A stretch of 57,775 nt of DNA, counting the filler, from Sphacelaria rigidula (lineage: Eukaryota): the NCBI GenBank assembly GCA_964200075.2. It is 9 parts of 9 records of this genome, joined end to end, with 100 filler letters (N's around TTAATTAATTAA, not from the genome) between each part and the next. Parts side by side here need not be neighbours in the genome. Positions count along the whole stretch, not along the records: positions 51,446 to 57,775 come from CAXNAA020020738.1; 8 more parts are not named here. One strand, 5' to 3'. A program made the position numbers and the translations under genes. The notes beneath the pieces were generated by a model. The model worked only from the letters and a program-made list of their open reading frames with translations, made no database searches and was not told the origin of the DNA. This document shows, one piece after another, positions 52,241 to 57,775 of this stretch (its first letter is position 1; each line of letters begins with the position of its first letter).

Positions 52241-52560
52241 GCTGAGTTGTGCATAAGTGGTACTTATTTCTTCTGGCTGAGTCATACGGTATACCTCACC
52301 GGTACCTATTTCCACTGGCTGCATTATACTGTGTGACTGAGCAGTACATTACTTTATTTGCTGAGCTTTACGGTATACCTCACCGGTACCTCTTCCCTCA
52401 GCCTGAGTTATACCGTATAACCCGGGGGAACATTTCCTAACGGATAAGCTATGCGGTATACCTCGGGGGTGAATTTCCCAACTGGATGAGTTGTATAGTA
52501 TATAACTCAGCGGTACCTTTTTAAAGCGGACGAGTTACACGATAAAGCTGAATAAACTAG
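52241..52560. repeat. Degenerate ~42-bp tandem array, ~8 units
   Basis: Unit starts at about 52241, 52276, 52318, 52360, 52402, 52442, 52484 and 52529; consensus close to GCTGAGTTATACGGTATACCTCACCGGTACCT.TTTCC. Confidence 0.8.
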
Positions 52561-54009
52561 TGAGATGTCCGACGTGTGAAAGATGTACAAAAACACAAGT
52601 TCGGTTTCATCAGCATCCGAGCATCGGAGAGAATCGGTGTGGAATGGTTCTCTTTGCCAGGAAGCCCCATTCTCCATGTTTGCAAGCCTTGTTCCCACTA
52701 CGGGACGAGTGCGTCATCTCAGAGAACCGATGTGTCTCTCCCCTGGTACTTATCTTCCAAATGGTATTACGACCGGGCCACTTTCATCGAATCCGCACTG
52801 ACTCACTCCCGCTGTTTTCCTATTTCCAGACGGCAGAGATGAGAAAACACTACAAGACTTGCGACTGAGGGGAGACGAACCGCCTGAATCCTCTCACACT
52901 ACAGAAGTGTTGGTGTAATAGTTGAAAAACGGTGGCACGCCGGCTAAGTTCAACCCTGCTATCCGACCTATTTCGTTGCTACGTGAGTCGTGAATAAGCT
53001 CTAGTCTGTTCAGTGAGCAAGTGCAGAGCAGTGTGAGCGAGCTTCAGGGGGTACAACAAACCGAACCAGAAAACGTCGGTAACTCGCTACTGGACGCTAC
53101 ACGTGAGAGACCCACAATTCACATGCTAACCGATAGAAGCACAACTAGCCAGAGTCCCATTGCTACTATGAAAAGTGCCTGTCTTTCGACCCATGAGCAA
53201 ACACCGCCACGTTGACGACGTCAAGCTGTGGCGTCTACCCAAATCTGCGCACAAAAGCATCACATTCAGAGCAGCAAAAACAACGGGTCACAAAACACCG
53301 TCAGGTGTACATCGACACCTTTGGGGCCAAGAAGTAGTCACAGCCTTAACTCGACATACCCTGAAACATTAGGGCTGTGGACTGGCGGCTCTGATGACTT
53401 GAGTTGAAATTGATCACACCAGCGGCCAGCTAATCGACGCTTTTCAGTGAATAGGCGCTCGCCCTAAGGCCCCTCCCGACTGGTAAGGGGGCCCCGCCGG
53501 AGCGCCGCTGAAGGCTAAATAAATGCGATGTTCGTTCCGTTTTCCCTTCGAAACGTTTCCACGGGGTGTCTGTAACCCTGGTAAAAAACCGACAGTGAAT
53601 CACTGAATTGGATGGATTTATGCTTCATATCTGTACCGGTCACGTGTGGAGATTTACTGTCGTCCGGCTGCAAGTGGCTAAAACGTCGGATAACACCCAC
53701 TTCTCGATGAGATTAAGGGGATGCATTATTTTCATCCCCGGAAAAGGGAAGGGGGGAGAAGGGGAGTAACAGGGAGTGCAATACCATATGGTGGATACTC
53801 TCTAACGACGATGCCCCCGCGTGTTTCGGGGAATCTCTGCCCATGTGTGAATGCCTATGTAACTAGCCTAAACGGTGAATAACACCCCCTATCGTGTCTG
53901 GAGAGTGGATAGAGCGATTTCATCCCCAGTTGGGAAGAAATGGGAGGGTGGAGATATTTACTTTATTGTTGACACGTTCTGTATACCTTGTCAGGGAGCG
54001 CATCAGGCG

Positions 54010-55560
54010 TGACGACCTAGGTCAAGCGCCGCGCTTCAGTTTGCGTCGCTAGGGCCTGTAGCTGTTTGTGGTCGTCAAGTGTCCAGGCGAGGTGTACCTT
54101 ACCCAGTCACCTGCCCCCGCAACAAATGCGTGCGTGCACACCACAGCGGCATACCTGGCTCTTCCCCCCTTCGGCAAGTCGCGAAGACCCGAAGTCTATG
54201 ATGAAAACCTCGTCCTCCTCGTATGGTGTCATGCCGTGTGCAACCTCATGTTGCGTACGCCCCAGGACGGTGGTGCCGGGGTGGATGTCCAAGTGGTACA
54301 CCCCAATCGAGTGCATGAACTCGACCTTCTTGCACACCTAGACACATGAGCGTCAATGCGCGGCAGCACGGCCCATGAGTGAATTTTCTCGGGCGTGTAT
54401 AAAATCCAGCTATTGGCAGGCAATACAGCAACTACGGGTGACCCACGCACGCAGGCCGCCCGGGCTGCGGGTCCGGGCGTGCCAGCTTCACCTGAAAAAA
54501 CATCGACTCGAGCTGGGTTACCTTCCACTCCGGCATTGCATCTACCCAGACTGGATCATCAGGCATGTCGCTGTCGGGCGCTGCCATGTCGATCATTGTG
54601 ATGACGACCGTTTCGTCGTCACTCGCTGACGTCTCATCCTTCTGAACAATACGATGAAGCGTTTCGCTGTCGTTGTGTAGTGACGGGAAAGTCGGCAGGG
54701 GTACGGGGCAATGATCGTCGTCGAGGGGGTGTTCATATACACGCGCGATTCTGATTGGCCGTATAGACTCTGCCTTGGTATCATTTGGCTACGGCCGTCG
54801 GTGCCTAGGGAGGGCCTTCCGTTTCTCTGGTGCCACCGTTCGGAAAAGCTTTGACTCTCAATCCGGCGAAATACTCTCCATGACATCTTCGCCAACACAC
54901 GAAGCCGACGACGTCATCTGTGGCTACCAAAGAGCAACAACACTACCAGATCAAGTCCTGCTAGCATCCGCGTGTGCCGGACTAGTGACGAATGCCACTG
55001 CTTCGTTGCTTCCTCACATGAGCTAACACCTACTGGGTCGAAAAATGAATATCAGGTAGCTACCGAATAACAGCGTACTGATATGTATTGTGTGTGTAGG
55101 TCACGAATATGCCAAGGATTCCAGAGTATAGTACAAGATTCGTGGATGTTCACCTGCCCACGTTTTGGGTGGTGGTGAACATCTTGCCCCTGTTCTTGTC
55201 GTTGTTCCATGTCCACAGCTTCGGGATGAAAGAGCTGCGCTCCCGCAATCTGCATGGAGTCTCGATGTGAACAAGAGCACCCACCTCCCTGCCCACCTCG
55301 TGGTCCTCCACCACCACTGTTCGACCGGAGGACTTGAAGATTTTGTAGACGACTACCGCTGGTCCCCTGTCCCTCGCTACTGTCTGTGGTTATACAGAGC
55401 AGTTTGTAGAATGATGGCAGAAACCGGGGAACACGAAGCAACAGAAAGTCGTGTCGGTCACTCATCGTTAACGCGACAGTTTCAGATTTTGGGAGCCGGA
55501 GCTGCACTAGTTCGGCGTGGAATTCAAAACCCACTGGTTCCCTGCAAGTAGAACTTTTAG
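54010..55560 (-). pseudogene. Spliced protein kinase, probably a pseudogene
   Basis: Exon 55383-55154 gives VVVYKIF..EVGREVGALVHI..FIPKL..KMFTTTQNVG (subdomains II-V). A GT-AG intron at 54491-54338 joins LESMFFQ|VCKKVEFMHSIGVYHLDIHPGT..VFIIDFGSS (VIa-VII). Stops occur in the flanking frames. Confidence 0.8.
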
Positions 55561-57775
55561 CGCACACTTGAAACGCCACACAGAAACCTGAATCGAGTTC
55601 TTGACTTCCAGATTATTGGAGTCCGTGCTGGTACATAAGTCACCCACCGTCGACATTTGCACATGTCTTCATATCAATAGGACGGAGTACATGAACGCTG
55701 TTCATAAATGGCACCCTTTGAATGATCGGATACTCCACAACCCAAAACGGGAACGGAAGAAGCAGGAGCTCCATCTTCTGGGTCTTGCATTGCGCGCGTG
55801 GCGTGCCATCTGCGGCAGGCCTTCTCAACGCAGTCCATGGGGGGGGCGGGCGAGTTCTCGTACTTCGTACGAGTGTTCATGTAAACAACGGGGTCCCGGA
55901 TCGCTAGGCTTTGTCACGCACATAAAGTGTGTCCCCTTCCCGAGGTGTTTTCACACGGCCAGCAGCTGCTGTGCAAGCGTGCATGCAACACCGCTGTTTC
56001 AAGCAAGCGTCAACGACAACACTAGCGGAACACAAAAGGGTACAGGTCGCAGCCATCCTGCTTGCTATAAGCGTTTCAGAAGCACGAGCTAGGCTGCAAC
56101 AAAATCCTCGACTTGGCTAATCAACCAGGTTGGGATGCTGCAACCCTACTGTCGAAAAAGAAACTACGCGAAATCACTTTGACCGCCCGAGCGTCCTGAT
56201 ATGATCTTCCTCGTCTACAACACCTTCCATCGTCCACTGGACTGTCAGAAGCGGCAGCAGGACGCGGGGGGTGAGGGCCTTTCCCAACGACGAAAAAAGA
56301 GGCATTTTTTTCTATGCTTGCACGTTTTCTATCCACAGTTCCCATGTTCTCTTTTATTCGGGAACTTGCGTAATTTTCCGTCCATCGCTTTGTTCGTTTT
56401 CATTTCCAAATCGGAAAGTGGGTAGCCCTCGAAAATTAGCAGTGCTGCTTGTTTCTTGCAGTTTGGGGGACGCATAGCCCCAGTACTGCACACACCATGA
56501 CTATTACACTGCATGTCGAATTGATTTTGCCGTTCTTCGGAGGGATCATGATGACAGGGGGGGCTAGCGCTGCTGCCACAACACCTTGTAAATGGAGTGT
56601 GGAGCGTTGATATGGGACCCAACTGTTAGCGTGAAGCTGTTGCTTTGCCATTTTTACAGTTCAAAAATGGGAACGCAGATGGAGAGTTTTTTAATTTAAA
56701 ATTACACCCATCGTTCAGAACGGTCTTCAAATGATTCGAGATGCCGCGCGGAAAACGTTCGAGGTGATATCTGAGGAAATCTTCGCTAGCGCTCACCCTC
56801 ATGTTTGATCTATTCATGTGTCCTGGGCGCGTTTCTCATGCAGACGTTTCTGGTCTTGGAAAAGCTGCAGAAATCAAAATCTCCCAAAACAAGATACGTG
56901 CAATTGGGGATATCGTCATTATTTACGGTGTGTGCAATGTCAGCACGCAATCCACTCTTCAAAGCAGACACCCCCATCAGAAGAGAGACTCAAACCGGTG
57001 GGCTCCCACGAAGACTGGCACGAGCGTTGTCATCGCAACTATTTAGTACGGTAATTACGTACCCACGGGAAGGGGAGTACAGACAGTCAACGGGTGTGAA
57101 ACCTATATAACTCGTTCGTGACAGTCCGCGCGATAGAGCGATTTCAAAATGATGGGGTACCACGACCGACGACAGATTGGCGACAGACTCGGGTTCCAAG
57201 GCACTGTACAGTGAGTGACTATTCAATGAAGTGGGGGGGGGGGGGGGGGGGACCGGGTCTTGGGCGGGGGAGGACATTGGGGGGGGGAGCAAAACGAGAC
57301 AAAAAAAGGGGTCGATGCGCCAGGTTTAGCTCAGAGTGGGAGTGGGGTGTTGGGAGGGGTGGGGGGGGGGGGGGGGGGGGGGTGAGCCACGTCTTGGACG
57401 GGCGAGACACTTTGAAGCATCAACATAGCCAGAAAAAAAACGGGTGAATAATCTTTGTGTCAACGCAAGATTCCTTTTGACACGGCTTGACAAATGTTTT
57501 AGCCACGTACAGTCTCGGGATGATGCGAGCTGAGAAGCGGCGACCATGGACTGCATGAGAACTAGGGTGGCTGCGATGATTGAGGACTACAAAAAACAAC
57601 ACAGCCCGAGAGTTAGAGAACTGGTGTATTTACCTAGAAGATAGATGGGGGATGGGAAGGAGGGGGAGTGCCGCACGATGGAAGGCCACCGGGATGATAG
57701 GGAAGCAGTGACTGACCTCGCGAGAGTGATGCTACGGTAGGGGTACAGAAATAATTTCTGAGGTTAGAATTGTTA

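Noticed and set aside
52241..52560. CRISPR-like array
   Set aside because: Units are contiguous and degenerate with no unique spacers, there are no cas genes, and the context is eukaryotic.
19294..57775. LIG1, PHD protein and kinase as a functional cluster
   Set aside because: They lie on different contigs joined artificially.

Overview
Eukaryotic, repeat-rich DNA, not one locus. Nine unrelated ~6.33-kb contigs (1-6331, 6432-12762, 12863-19193, 19294-25624, 25725-32055, 32156-38485, 38586-44915, 45016-51345, 51446-57775) are joined by artificial 100-bp N44-TTAATTAATTAA-N44 spacers, so adjacency across spacers means nothing. The ~50% GC, long GT-AG introns and repeat style suggest a brown alga or related stramenopile (inference only). 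Recognisable content: two decayed Ty1/copia retrotransposons, each interrupted by a DNA-transposon MITE (hAT-type and Tc1/mariner-type); five phase-consistent exons of DNA ligase I ending in the catalytic Lys codon; a spliced Lys/Ala-rich gene with PHD-like zinc fingers; a spliced, decayed protein kinase; a tRNA-derived SINE family; and several MITE and foldback families. The least explained material is two intronless, gene-dense, decayed coding tracts (contigs 2 and 3) that I cannot assign to any family. They may be relics of an endogenous large DNA virus, and one starts with a loop-less 92-bp palindrome. No complete novel system can be shown from sequence alone.
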